This document shows, in pieces, positions 1-12,208 of a stretch of DNA of 64,000 nucleotides. How positions within the stretch are numbered: position 1 is the first letter of the stretch; each line of letters opens with the position of its first letter. The notes beneath the pieces were generated by a model. That model had not been told where the DNA came from and did no database searches. It saw only the letters and a list, made by a program, of their open reading frames with translations. The translations under genes were made by a program, and so were the position numbers. Source of the stretch: Squalus acanthias (Eukaryota). Location of the stretch: contig CM059432.1 of NCBI GenBank assembly GCA_030390025.1, positions 147,066,001 through 147,130,000 of the forward strand, read 5' to 3'.

Positions 1-345
1 TGTGTCAGTGAGTGTGGTGCAATGTGTTTGGGTGATGTGTGTGTCAGTGAGCGTGGTGCAATGTGTTTGGGTGATGTGTGTGTCAGTGAATGTGGTGCAA
101 TGTGTTTGGGTGATGTGTGTCAGTGAGTGTGGTGCAATGTGTTTGGGTGAAGTGTGTCAGTGAGTGTGGTGCAATGTGTTTGGGTGAAGTGTGTCAGTGA
201 GTGTGGTGCAATGTGTTTGGGTGATGTGTGTGTCAGTGAGTGTGGTGCAATGTGTTTGGGTGATGTGTGTGTCAGTGAGTGCGGTGCAATGTGTTTGGGT
301 GTAGTGTGTCAGTGAGTGTGGTGCATTGTGTTTGGGTGATGTGCC
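1..345. repeat. Minisatellite, ~38-42 bp unit (tgtgtcagtgagtgtggtgcaatgtgtttgggtgatg), running off the window start
   Basis: About 8 visible tandem units. The same unit is single-copy in Myb/SANT intron 1 of other Harbinger copies (~19500-19540; reverse complement ~37370-37410). Confidence 0.9.
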
Positions 346-572
346 TGCCATAGTTGAATAGCTGTCAGTGTGTGCAAGGTGTGAGCTGCGGGTGTGAGTG
401 TTGCAGCATTTGGTAAGTTTGTGAGGGTGAAGTGAAGCCATGATTGTGAGGTGTGAGTGGAGATAGATAGAGATTGTTGGTAGGTGAGTGATGGGGGTGT
501 GGTGTATTGAGCAGTGTGTGAGTTTTGTGGTGCAGATGGTGGGATATGGCATTTGCTGAACCCTTCACTCAC

Positions 573-800
573 CTTGACCTGCCGTGTGAGGTCATTCAAC
601 TTTTTCCGGCATTGGATCCAGGTCCTTGGGACCACACTGGTGGCCATGACAGAGTCAGCTATCTCCTCCCACAACCTTCTGCAAATGGCCTTGGATGGCC
701 TCTTGCCTCCCTGCGGGTACAGGACAGCCCGCCTTCATTGCACCGCTACGACCAAGGCCTCCAGTGCAGCATCTGAAAGCCTTCTTGCTCGCTGTGCCAT
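573..800 (-). pseudogene. Harbinger Myb/SANT (MSANTD-like) DNA-binding gene, exon 1
   Basis: ATG at 800: MAQRARRLSDAALEALV..*RRAVLYP..LWEEIA..RTWIQCRKKLNDL, then a GTGAGT donor at 572. One in-frame TGA. Confidence 0.85.
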
Positions 801-1794
801 GGCTTGCTCGACAATGACAATGAGGTGCTTCAGAAACAAAGCACCTCCCCTTTAAGTAGTGTGGTGAGCCTAGGCCAAACTTTATTGGCCATTAGACTGC
901 ACCCGATATTGGCCCCTCTACTGAGCGCTAAGCCAATCAGCAGCGCGTTTAGTGCTGAGGTCAGCGCTCCAATCATTATAATGAGCAGGCAGCATGAATT
1001 TTGCGTGAAGACTGCACCACTTTGAACGGGCGCAGGCAAATAGCGCTGGTCCGTGACACCGCCCGTTTTCAGACCAACTGCAATTTCTGTGTCTTAAGAT
1101 TTAGCTTGGCCGGCGAAGCGCTTTTGAAGCAACAATATCAAGGGCCCTCGGGTAAGTGAGGAAGGATGGCAGCTGGTTAGGGAGTGATCGGTGGCCTGGG
1201 AGAGATCGCTGGCTGGGGGGAGGAGGATTACTAGCTGTGGGGGGGGTGGTGGGGAGTGGGCGAGGGCGGGGGGAGACAATCAAGAGTCAGTAGGTGCAAT
1301 CGTTGGCTGGGGGAAGCGATTGGTTGTCTGGTCGGGGGGATCAGGAGCAAGTGGTGGGGGCGCGGGGGGCGGGGGGGAACAGCCTGTGTTCGTTGAATGT
1401 GGGGTCGGGAGGGTAGCACTCCTGCTCAGGTATATATATTTTAACAACTTACCTTGTTGGTGGCAGCCTGCAACGGCCCCTTTCCTGAGTGCAGCCGACA
1501 CTGGTGCTGACCGCCTCGGGGCAAAGCAAACCAGCAGTGGGCACCTCAAAAAAGGCATCGATAAAGCTTTTAATAATGATCCACATGTCAGACTTCAAAT
1601 TAAACTAAAAGGCACAGGAATTCAGGAAAAGACATGTGTTGGTTAAAAAGTAGGAAATAGAGAATACTCATCAGAGGTGTTGAGTACAGTACTCTCGCCC
1701 TTGTTGCTTCTAACCAGGCACTCGACAGGTTTCCAAGGTGGCTCCTGGCCTGGCAGCTCCTCACTGAGCTGATCTGCTCTTCAACTCTATCCGT

Positions 1795-4700
1795 GGTCAT
1801 CCGTTGCCATCCACTGCCCTTTCTTCCCCCAATCTCCTCTCTTCAATTGCTGCAGATACCCTGCCCCCTGATAGTGAAGGCATTTCAGCCCAAACTACAA
1901 GTTTAAACTACAAGCTGAGTGCTCCCCCTGCAGAGTCCGCTGCCCATCCCCCGGCCCGGCATGTCTTTGTTCTCACTGAGCTCCTTCAACTGCTGGAACT
2001 CTGCTGAAACTTGACCTCCATCCCAACTCTCTTACAACTGCATTTATGAAATCCCAACTGTCCAGCCTCTGGCCCTCCATTCACCACGACATTTCTGCAG
2101 CTACCGATCTGCTCAACCACACCCTCACCACCACCTTTGATGCCCTAGTTCCCACTAAAACAATTACCCTCTCTCACACTGGCCGTTCCCCCAGGTTCCC
2201 CCCTCATCTTCACTCCCTTAAGTCCAAGGGATGCAGATTTGAACAGATATGGTGGACAACTGGTTTAATCATTCACCGCCAGATCTGGCTGGACCACACA
2301 AAGCATTATCGGGTCCTGCTCTCATCTGCCAAAATTGCTCACTATTCCAGAATCATTCTGGAATGCAAAGATAAACCCCGGCTCCTATTCTCCACTGCTA
2401 ACTATCTTCTTAAACCCCTCTCTCCCCGTCTCCTCCACCCTCACCTCCAATAACAAGTGTGAGGAGCTCATGGACTTCTTTGTCTCTAAGATTGAGACCA
2501 TCCATTCAGCTGCCTCTGTCCCTTCCCTTCCTTCCCCATGCCCACTGGGCCAAACTTCCTCTAAGATTTCCCCCTGCCCTAGCCCTGAACTCACATCTTT
2601 CTCCAGTTTCTCTCCGATCTCCCCTCATGACCTCTCTGCACTCATCTTGTCCATGAGACTCACTTCCACCTCTCTCGACCCTATTCCCACCAAACTGCTG
2701 ACCACCCAACTTCCTTTTTTTGGCTCCCATGTTAGCTGACATTGTTAACGGTTCTCTCTCCTCAGGTACTGTCCCCCTCTCCCTCAAATCTGCCATCATC
2801 AGCCCTCTCCTTGGTGAGACCACACCTCGAGTACTGTGTGCAGTTTTGGTCTCCTTACCTAAGAAAGGATATACTTGCCATAGAGGGAGTGCAGCAAAGG
2901 TTCACCAGACTGATTCCTGGGATGGCAGGACTGTCGTATGAGGAGAGATTGGGTCGACTAGGCCTGTATTCACTAGAGTTTAGAAGAATGAGAGGGAATC
3001 TCATTGAAACGTATAAAATTCTGACAGGGCTAGGCAGACTGGATGCAGGGAGGATGTTTCCCCTGGCTGGGGGGTCTAGAACGAGGGGTCACAGTCTCAG
3101 GATACGGGGTAGGACATTTAGGACTGAGATGAGGAGAAATTTCTTCACTCAGAGGGTGGTGAACCTGTGGAATTCTCTACCACAGAAGGCTGTGGAGGCC
3201 AAGTCACTGAATATATTTAAGAAGGAGATAGATAGATTTCTAGACACAAAAGGCTTCAAGGGGTATGGGGAGAGAGCGGGAATATGGTATTGAGATAGAG
3301 GATCAGCATGATCATATTGAATGGCGGAGCAGGCTCGAAGGGCCGACTCCTGCTCCTATTTTTCTATGTTTCTATGTTTCCTCAAAAAAACAACCCTTGA
3401 CCCCTCCGTCTTTGCAAACTACCACCCCATCTCCAACCTCCCTATCCTCTCCAACATCCTTGAGCGTGTTGTCGCCTTCTAAATCCGTGCCCATCTTTCC
3501 CGCATTTCCATGTTTGAATCCCTCCAATCAGGTTTCCGACCTTGCCACAGTACTGAAACGGCTCTCATCAAAGTCACAAATGACATCCTTTGTGACTGTG
3601 ACAAAGGTAAACTATCCCTCCTCGTCCTTCTTGACTTGTCTGCAGCCTTTGACACGGTTGACCACTCCATCCTTCTCCAACGCCTCTCCACCGTCGTCCA
3701 GCTGGGTGGGACTGCACTCGCCTGGTTCCATTCTTATCTATCTAATCGTAGCCAGAGAATCACCTGCAATGGCTTCTCTTCCCACTCCCGCATCGTTACC
3801 TCTGGTGTCCCCCAAGGATCTATCCTTGGCCCCCTCCTATTTCTCATCTACATGTTGCCCCTTGGCGACATCATCCGAAAACACAGCGTCAGTTTCCACA
3901 TGTATGCTAATGACACCCAGCTCTACCTCACCACCACTTCTCTCGACCCCTCCACGGTCTCTAAATTGTCAGACTGCTTGTCCGACATACAGTTCTGGAT
4001 GAGCAGAAATTTTCTCCAATTAAATATTGGGAAGACCAAACCCATTATTTTCGGTCCTCGCCACAAACTCCGTTCCCTAGCCACTGACTCCATCCCTCTC
4101 CCTAACATCATCTGAGGCTGAACCACACTGTTCGCAACCTTGGTGTCATATTTGACCCCACATATCCGCAGCATAACAAAGACCGCCAATTTCCACCTCC
4201 GTAACATCGCCTGTCTCCACCCTTGCCTCAGTTCATCCACTGCTGAAACCCTCATCCATGCCTTTGTTACCTCTAGACTTGACTATTCCAATGCACTCCT
4301 GGCTGGCCTCCCACATTCTACCCTACGTAAACTTGAGATCATCCAAAACTCGGCTGCCCGTGTCCTAACTCGCACCAAGTCCCGTTCACCCATCTCCCCT
4401 GTGCTCGCTGACCTACATTGGCTCCCGGTTAAGCAGCGCATAGATTTCAAAATTCTCATCCTTGTTTTCAAATCCCTCCATGGCCTCGCCCCTTCCTATC
4501 TCTGTAACCTCCTCCAGCCCCACAATCCCCCCGAGATATCTGCGCTCCTCTAATTCTGCCCTCTTGAGGATCCCTGATTATAATCGCTCAACCATTGGTG
4601 GCCGTGCCTTCAGTTGCCTGGGCCCTAAGCTCTGGAATTCCCTGCCTAAACCTGTCCACCTCACTACCTCTCTTTCCTCCTTTAAGACGCTCCTTAAAAC

Positions 4701-4852
4701 CTACCTCTTTGACCAAGCTTTTGGTTAACTGCCCTAATTTCTCCTTATGTGGCTCGGTGTTAAATTTTTTGTCTTATAACACTCCTGTGAAGCGCCTTGG
4801 GATGTTTTACTACGTTAAAGGCGCTATATCAATCAATACAAGTTGTTGTTGT
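1795..4852 (+). mobile_element. L2-clade LINE, 5'-truncated and decayed
   Basis: RT motifs QSGFRPCHSTETAL, LLDLSAAFDTVDH, GVPQGSILGP, YANDTQLY and HAFVTSRLDYSN; L2-type tail gtgaagcgccttggga...aagttgttgttg. Confidence 0.92.
2812..3378 (+). mobile_element. CR1 3' fragment nested in the L2
   Basis: VRPHLEYCVQFWSP...FFTQRVVNLWNSLP, 3' stem-loop and (ttctatgt)n tail. The L2 frame resumes after it; possible TSD tcct. Confidence 0.93.
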
Positions 4853-4867
4853 AACCTACATAAGTTA

Positions 4868-5055
4868 CCTAAACCTCTCCCCCTCATTCTCTACCTTTAA
4901 AAGCTCCTGAAAACTCATCCATTGACCTGGCCTTCAGTTACCCCTCCTAATCGCTTCCTTCTTGGCTTGGCCTCTGTTTTCATTACACTTATTTATGAAG
5001 TACCGTGGGACTTCTTTCATGTTAATGGCACTATATAAATGCACCTTGTTGCTGG
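4868..5055 (+). mobile_element. Second, older L2 3' tail
   Basis: Degenerate copy of 4640-4850. Confidence 0.6.
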
Positions 5056-5544
5056 ATACAGAAACCAACTGCAAATTGCTCAAATGTGACGGCAACTCTG
5101 ATGACACAAACACTATGGAAAGCAATACAGATCAGGAAGCAGGAAAAGATGTGCAAGTAGATTTAGATTGGCTATGCAATTGAGCATATAAATTAGCCAC
5201 AAACTTTAATCACCAATAAATGTAAAGTTTTGCACATCAGTTGTAAAAACTGTGGTTTGTAAATATACAATAAACAAACCAAATTAGCTCAAGAAGGCTG
5301 AAAAAGAACTTGCAAGTAAAATAGTTAAAAAACACTTTCAATGACCAGACAATCTGACGAAGTAATTAAGAAAGTAAATTGAATGCTAAGATGTATTGCC
5401 AGAGGAGTAGAATATTTGCCCACAGAACTCTTGCTTCAAGGCATTTATACTGCAACTTAATGCTGCTTCAAGGTGGTTTCCACTTTGCAGCAATACTGGT
5501 GAACGGGACTTGGTGCGAGTTAGGATACAGGCAGTAGTTTTGGA

Positions 5545-6045
5545 TGAGTTTAGGTTTATGGAAGGTGGAAGATGGGAGGACTGCCAGAAAGATCATTAGA
5601 ATAGTCAAGTCTAGAGGAAACACAGGCATGTATAAGGGTTTTCGCAGCAGATGAACTGAGGCAGGGCAGAAACGGGCGATGATATAGGAAGTGGAAGTAG
5701 GCGGTCTTGGTGATGGAGTGGATATGTGGTCGGACGTTCATCTCGGGGTCAAGTCGAGTGCTAAGGTTGCCAACAGTCTCGTTCAGCCTCAAACAGTGAC
5801 CAGGGAGAGCGATGGAGCCAGTGGTTAGTGAATGGAGTTTGTGGTGGGGACTGAAGGCAGCGGCTTTGGTCTTCCCAATATTTAGTTGGAGGAAATTTCT
5901 GCTTATCCAGGACTGGATGTCGAACAAGCAGCGCGACAAATCAGAGCTAGTGGAGGGATCGTGAGAGGTGGTGGTGAGGTAGAGCTGGGTGTCGTCAGCG
6001 TACATGTAGAACCTGATGTGTTTTTGGATGATGTCGTATGGGTCC
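5545..6045 (-). mobile_element. L2 fragment
   Basis: YADDTQLY, FLQLNIGKT and SSRLDYSN in ORF 5556..6107. Confidence 0.88.
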
Positions 6046-6097
6046 TTTTGTAGATGTTGTGCTGCAGGTAGGAGAGGGGTCTCAAATACATAGTTAA

Positions 6098-9000
6098 ATA
6101 AGAACATAAGAAATAGGAGCAGGAGTAGGCCAATCGGCCCCTCGAGCCTGCTCCGCCATTCAATAAGATCATGGCTGATCTGATCCTCACCTCAAATCTA
6201 AAGAACACAAGAAGTAGGAGCAGGACCCGGCCACTCAGCCCCTGGGCCCGCTACGCCACCCACAGGGCCTCGACCGATCCGAACTCAGCCTCATGTCCAA
6301 TTTCCTGCCCGCTCCCCGTAACCCCTAATTCCCTTTACTTCTAGGAAACTGTCTATTTCTGTTTTAAATTTATTTAATGATGTAGCTTCCACGGCTTCCT
6401 GGGGCAGCAAATTCCACAGACCTACTACCCTCTGAGTGAAGAAGTTTCTCCTCATCTCAGTTTTGAATGAGCAGCCCCTTATTCTAAGACTATGCCCCCT
6501 AGTTCTAGTTTCACCCATCCTTGGGAACATCCTTACCACATCCACCCAATCAAGCCCCTTCACAATCTTATATGTTTCAATAAGATCGCCTCTCATTCTT
6601 CTGAACTCCAATGAGTAGAGTCCCAATCTACTCAACCTCTCCTCATATGTCCACCCCCTCATCCCGGGGATTAACCGAGTGAACCTTCTTTGTACTGCCT
6701 CGAGAGCAAGTATGTCTTTTCTTAAGTATGGACACCAAAACTGTATGCAGTATTCCAGATGCGGTCTCACCAATACATTATATAACTGCAGCAATACCTC
6801 CCTGTTTTTATAATCTATCCCCCTAGCAATAAAAGCCAACATTCCGTTGGCCTTCTTGATCACCTGCTGCACCTGCATACTAAATTTTTGATTTTCTTGC
6901 ACTAGGACCCCCAGATCCCTTTGTACTGCAGTACTTTCCAGTTTCTCGCCATTAAGATAATAACTTGCCCTCTGATTTTTCCTGCCAAAGTGCATAACCT
7001 CACATTTTCCAATATTGTATTTCATCTGCCAAATCTCCGCCCACTCACCCAGCTTGTCTATATCCCCTTGTAGGTTTTTTATGTCCTCCTCACTTTCTAC
7101 TTTCCCTCCCATCTTTGTATCATCTGCAAACTTTGATATGTTACACTCGGTCCCCTCCTCCAAATCGTTAATATAGATTGTAAAGAGTTGGGGACTCAGC
7201 ACCGACCTCTGCGGAACACCACTGGCTACTGGTTGCCAGTCCGAGAATGAACCATTTATCCCAACTCTCTGCTTCCTGTTAGATAACCAATCCTCCACCC
7301 ATGCCAGAATATTCCCCCCAATCCAGTGATTTTTTATCTTGAGCAATAATCTTTTATGTGGCACCTTGTCGAATGCCTTCTGGAAGTCTAAATACACTAC
7401 GTCCATTGGTTCCCCTTTATCCACCCTGTACGTTATGTCCTCAAAGAACTCAAGCAAATTTGTCAGACATGACTTCCCCTTCATAAAGCCATGCTGACTT
7501 TGTCCTATTAAATTATGTTTATCTAAATGTTCCGTTACTGTCTCCTTAATAATAGACTCCAAAATTTTACCCACCACAGATGTTAGACGAACTGGTCTAT
7601 AATTTCCAGCCTTCTGCCTACTACCCTTTTTAAATAAGGGTGTTACATTAGCAGTTTTCCAATCTGCCGGGACCTTTGCAGAGTCCAGGGAATTTTGGAA
7701 AATTATTACCAAAGCATCCACAATCCCTACTGCCACTTCCCTCAAGACCCTAGGATGTAAGCCATCAGGTCCAGGGGATTTATCCGCCTTGAGTCCCATT
7801 ATTTTACTGAGTACCAATTCCTTAGTGATTTTAATCGTATTTAGCTCCTTCCCCCCTAGAGCCCCCTGTTTGTCCAGTGTTGGGATATTCTTAGTGTCCT
7901 CTACCGTAAAGACTGAAACAAAATATTTGTTCAGCATTTTTGCCATCTCCATGTTTCCCACCATTAATTTCCCGGTCTCATCCTCTAAGGGACCTACGTT
8001 TGCCTTAGCCACCCTTTTTCTTTTTATATAACTATAGAAACTCTTGCTATCTGTTTTTATATTTTTTGCTAATTTATTTTCATAATCTATCTTCCCTTTC
8101 TTAATCAATCCTTTAGTTACTTTTTGCTGTCTTTTGAAGACTTCCCAATCTTCTATCCTCCCACTAAGTTTGGCTACCTTATATGTCCTTGTTTTTAGTT
8201 GGATACTATCCTTAATTTCTTTACTTAGCCACGGATGGCTGTCATTTCTTTTACACCCTTTTTTCCTCAGTGGAATATATATTTTTTGAAAGTTGTAAAA
8301 TAACTCCTTAAATGAACACCACTGCTCATGTACTGTCTTACCCTTTAATCTATTTTCCCAGTCCACTTTAATCAATTCCGCTCTCATACCATCATAGTCT
8401 CCTTTATTCAAGCTCAGTACGCTTGTCTGAGAACCAATCTTCTCACCCTCTAATTGGATATGGAATTCAACCATGTTATGGTCACTCATTCCAAGGGGAT
8501 CCTTAACTAGGACATTATTAATTAATCCTGACTCATTACACAGGACCAGGTCCAAGGTTGCTTGCCCCCTTGTAGGATCAGTTACATACTGCTCAAGAAA
8601 TCCATCCCTAGTACACTCAATAAACTCTTCCTCAAGGCTGCCCTGCCCAATTTGATTTGTCCAGTTAATATGATAGTTAAAATCCCCCATAATTATAGCT
8701 GTTCCCTTATTACATGCCCCAACTATTTCCTGATTAATACTTCTTCCAGCAGAGTTGCAACTATTAGGAGGCCTATATACTACTCCCACTAGTGTTTTTT
8801 TCCCCTTATTATTCCTTATCTCCACCCAAACTGTTTCATTATCCTGATCCTTTGACCCAATATCATTTCTCTGTAATACAGTGATTCCTTCCTTTATTAA
8901 CATAGCTACCCCACCTCCTCTTCCTTCCTGTCTGTCCTTCCTGATTGTTAAATACCCTGGCATATTTAATTCCCAGTCGTTGTCACCCTGCAGCCATGTT

Positions 9001-9265
9001 TCTGTAATGGCCACAAGATCATACCCATACGTAGTTATTTGTACCGTCAACTCGTCTATTTTGTTACGAATGCTGCGTGCATTCAGATAAAGAACTTTTA
9101 AATATGTTTTGTGACAATTTATTCCTGCTTTTACCCCCTTCACTACTTTACCTTTATCTTTATATATTCTTTCCCTTCCTGACACGCTCTGGTTTTTAAT
9201 TACCCCATTGCTACTTTGCTCTATTGCCTTCTCCACTGACATTTTTATTTTTTGCTCTCTTGAAA
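6098..9265 (-). mobile_element. CR1 LINE, truncated in the inter-ORF spacer, with complete ORF2 and doubled 3' stem-loop
   Basis: The match to the 41.9-45.7 kb copy ends at ...gctctcttgaaa (9265); (ttcttatg)n tail at ~6100. Confidence 0.95.
6291..9242 (-). CDS. CR1 ORF2, APE endonuclease plus reverse transcriptase, 983 aa, open
   Basis: APE motifs LNARSIRNK, ITETWL, GDFN, SDH; RT motifs YLDFQKAFDKVPH, FADD. Motif B is altered (GVPQRSVLSP). Confidence 0.93.
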   Translation of the reverse strand: MSVEKAIEQSSNGVIKNQSVSGRERIYKDKGKVVKGVKAGINCHKTYLKVLYLNARSIRNKIDELTVQITTYGYDLVAITETWLQGDNDWELNMPGYLTIRKDRQEGRGGGVAMLIKEGITVLQRNDIGSKDQDNETVWVEIRNNKGKKTLVGVVYRPPNSCNSAGRSINQEIVGACNKGTAIIMGDFNYHINWTNQIGQGSLEEEFIECTRDGFLEQYVTDPTRGQATLDLVLCNESGLINNVLVKDPLGMSDHNMVEFHIQLEGEKIGSQTSVLSLNKGDYDGMRAELIKVDWENRLKGKTVHEQWCSFKELFYNFQKIYIPLRKKGCKRNDSHPWLSKEIKDSIQLKTRTYKVAKLSGRIEDWEVFKRQQKVTKGLIKKGKIDYENKLAKNIKTDSKSFYSYIKRKRVAKANVGPLEDETGKLMVGNMEMAKMLNKYFVSVFTVEDTKNIPTLDKQGALGGKELNTIKITKELVLSKIMGLKADKSPGPDGLHPRVLREVAVGIVDALVIIFQNSLDSAKVPADWKTANVTPLFKKGSRQKAGNYRPVRLTSVVGKILESIIKETVTEHLDKHNLIGQSQHGFMKGKSCLTNLLEFFEDITYRVDKGEPMDVVYLDFQKAFDKVPHKRLLLKIKNHWIGGNILAWVEDWLSNRKQRVGINGSFSDWQPVASGVPQRSVLSPQLFTIYINDLEEGTECNISKFADDTKMGGKVESEEDIKNLQGDIDKLGEWAEIWQMKYNIGKCEVMHFGRKNQRASYYLNGEKLESTAVQRDLGVLVQENQKFSMQVQQVIKKANGMLAFIARGIDYKNREVLLQLYNVLVRPHLEYCIQFWCPYLRKDILALEAVQRRFTRLIPGMRGWTYEERLSRLGLYSLEFRRMRGDLIETYKIVKGLDWVDVVRMFPRMGETRTRGHSLRIRGCSFKTEMRRNFFTQRVVGLWNLLPQEAVEATSLNKFKTEIDSFLEVKGIRGYGERAGNWT

Positions 9266-9494
9266 AAAATGAGTGCAGGATGGTACCCCACCAAGTTTCA
9301 GGAGATCAGGTGAGACACCTCCTACAGTGCAGGCCTTGTCTATCTGGGAGCTAGTTGGAGCAGGCCACTTAAAGCAAAATAGGAACATTTTTCTGTTTGT
9401 GATTTCATCTTTTGTTTGTTCCATTCATTTGTTTTGCTTGGAAGTCCTTTATTTTGATATTTTGCGTTTTTTCCCCAAACCAACACTGGTGGTT

Positions 9495-10072
9495 TTGAGA
9501 CCACATCTTGAGTATTGTGTGCAGTTTTGGTCGCCTTATCTGAGGAAGGATGTTCTTGCCATGGAAGGAGTTCAGCAAAGATTCACAAGGCTCATAACTG
9601 GGATGGCAGGAATGACGTATGAAGAGAGATTGGGTCGATTGGGCTTATACTCGCTGGAGTTTAGAAGAATGAGAGGGGATCTCATTGAAACTTATAAAAT
9701 TCTGACAGGACAGGACAAACTAGATGCAGGAAGGATGTTCCCGATGGCGGGGGAGTCCAGAACCAGGGGTCACAGTCTAAGGATAAGGGGTAAGCCATTT
9801 AGGACAGAAATGAGGAGGAATTTCTTCACCCAGAGAGTGGTGAACCTGTGGAATTCTCTACCACAGAGGGCAGTTGAGGCCAATTCATTAAATATATTCA
9901 AGAAGGAGTTGGATATATTTCTTAAGGCTAAAGGGATCAAGGGATATGGGGAGAAAGCACGGACAGGGTACTGAATTTGGATGATCAGCCATGATCGCAT
10001 TGAATGGCGGAGCAGGCTCGAGGGGCCGAATGGCCTACTCCTGCTCCTATCTTCTATGATCTATGATCTATG
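9495..10072 (+). mobile_element. CR1 3' fragment
   Basis: RPHLEYCVQFWSP..., stem-loop and (ctatgat)n tail. Confidence 0.93.
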
Positions 10073-10679
10073 AGGGTGGTATTTTTGTTGATGCATTGAA
10101 CATGCTGCATAAATGAGATGAGAGTAAGAAGTTCATAAGCAGCTCACAAATAATGTAGGTGCAACAGCGCTTGAGGCATTCCAGCAACGCCCATCACTAC
10201 CGCTGGATCTGCAGCTGGACGCATTAGAGGAGTGCTGTATAATGACCTGCATATAACATCTGGATCAGGGGGTGGTGAAGTGAAGGTTACCACAACATGA
10301 AGCTTCCAAGCTGCTGCATCCTTCCAAGCCGCCCCAGAAAACATCTGCCCGATCATGAAAAGAAAGGATTTGCATTCAGTGAATGTTCAGGTGATATGTG
10401 GCTATTGACCAGGAAGAAGCCTTTATTATGTGATTTCCCACAGTGCCCACATTATTTGAAGAAGAGGCACTGGATGGATGGGTGTAGGAAGACCAGGCTA
10501 TTCTCTGCACCCATGACTCACTGAGAAAGCCCAGGCACCTTGACCTGAACTTCTCAACATCTCTTCGCAGCTTCCACCTTCAAGAAAAGTGTTTCATGCA
10601 GCTTAAGTGCAACAAAAAAAGTGCGTGCAAAAGGGAACTGGTTATGCACAACGAAATGTATGCAGAAGTGAGGAGCACA

Positions 10680-10925
10680 CTGATCTTCCCCAGTTCCTGA
10701 AACTAATACACCTTTTCCTCATTTGAAGCCAAGTACGAGGCACCTCAGTGACTGCATTGACTCAGTTGCTGACCTCCTTCCATGTAACTTGCCTCTGTGC
10801 TTTTATTGGAGGCTGACATTCAGCCCAAAACAGGGCTTCTCTCCTTTGATGCAACTCTAGCAGCAGACCTTGCAGCCGTTTAGCTTCATAGGGAGCAGTT
10901 TTGCGAACGTGTGAGGCTCTCTGAG
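10680..10925 (-). pseudogene. Old Harbinger Myb/SANT exon remnant
   Basis: LLLELHQRREALF..WKEVSN*VNAVTEVPRTWLQMRKR. Confidence 0.6.
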
Positions 10926-10961
10926 TAAACCTTCCCTGTGCCCATAGCCTATTCAAAATCT

Positions 10962-11580
10962 GGAGCTGGATTTTGCCAATGGGGAGCTTTTGGAGGCGGG
11001 ACTCCCACTTGTCGGGTTTCAGTCCCGCCTCCATCAACTTCTGGCCAACCCACGCTATTTTTCCTTGATTGACCTTGTTAAGCCCGCCCAGTGGGCTTAG
11101 CAGGCCAATTAAGGGAAAGCCGGTTACAGAGAACGTCAACATATGACGTTTCATCTGTCAAAAATTTTTGACAGATGAATTGTCATCGTTTGACAGCTCT
11201 GTGAAGCTGTCAAACACTGACATTCTCTGTAGTTTGATGAGTTCTTGAATTCAAGACCTCATCAAACCTCTTTCTTTTACAGAAATGAGATGGTTGTTGC
11301 ATTGGAGAATGCAACGGCCATCTGTCATCTCTGCCGCGGAGGTGCGAGACTCTACGTATACACACCGACTGAAGCCTGCAGGAAGAAACAAAGGTAAGTA
11401 CACTTTTTCTAACACTTTCCACTCACCTCACATACTCACCTCTCCACACTTGCACCCATCACTCACCTTCACAGCGCACTTTTGCACCCCTCCAACCCCC
11501 GCAGACCCACTGCTCGCCTCGGTGACCCTGGCGGGTTTCGGAGCCTTCGGGAAGCCTAAGGACAGAGGTGTCTGGGCATT
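10962..11580 (+). mobile_element. Non-autonomous Harbinger-like element, left part
   Basis: TIR-like gagctggattttgcc; 11165-11555 is closely similar to 57070-57465. Confidence 0.7.
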
Positions 11581-11849
11581 GGGCCAGTACAAGTCTACTT
11601 CTGCTTGTTTTGCAAAATTGAGGTTACAAAGTTCACATCAATGTTCCCAGTAATTTGTGTGTATCTAAAGTTGCTGATACTATCAGATCGTGGGGTCCAA
11701 ATTTCGAATTTAGTCTCCAATGGACAACAATGTTAAGAACAACCTTTCCCAAACCTCCAGTCCCCAAACCAGCAAGTAAGAATGAAACAAAATTGGCTAG
11801 ATTTTGTGAGCTGGATTGTCAGGAATAATGAGCCAATCACATTCTGCCT

Positions 11850-12208
11850 GAATACAATAGCAAAATACTGCGGATGCTGGAAATCTGAAATAACAACAGA
11901 AAATGCTGGAAACACTCAGCAGGCCAGGCAGCATCCGTGGAGAGAGAAACAGAGTTAACGTTTCAGGTCTGGGACCCTTCATCAGAACTGGAAAAGGCTG
12001 GAGATGGAACAGGTTTTAAGTCGGTGCAGAGGCAGGGAAAGGGGGGAGGGGAGGGGAGGAAGGAACTGACGGAACTTTCTGTGCTAGGGTAGGAGGCAGG
12101 AGAGATTAAATGTTGCAAATGGGGATGGCAGAATCGTAAACAGCTTGAAAACTGGGGGCAGGGGTTAGAGTCTGAAATTGTTGAGCTCAATGTTGAGTCC
12201 AAAAGGCT
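11850..12208 (-). mobile_element. Penelope-like element (Neptune-like) 3' end / pseudo-LTR
   Basis: Minus strand encodes PFGLNIELNNFRL* (PxGLN, typical of the PLE GIY-YIG C-terminus), followed by a hammerhead-containing pLTR. Confidence 0.8.
11953..11989 (-). ncRNA. Minimal type-I hammerhead ribozyme, family 1
   Basis: AGUU-CUGAUGA-A-GGGUC cca GACCU-GAA-ACGU-U-AACU. Confidence 0.85.

Larger units (their letters stand above)
1..1093 (-). mobile_element. PIF/Harbinger transposon, terminal part (Myb/SANT end)
   Basis: Myb/SANT exon, upstream region similar to 20060-20180, and a TIR-like end caatttctgtgtc at ~1081-1093. Confidence 0.7.

Noticed and set aside
6436..9090. Antisense ORFs within CR1 copies
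   Set aside because: They are shadow frames of ORF2.
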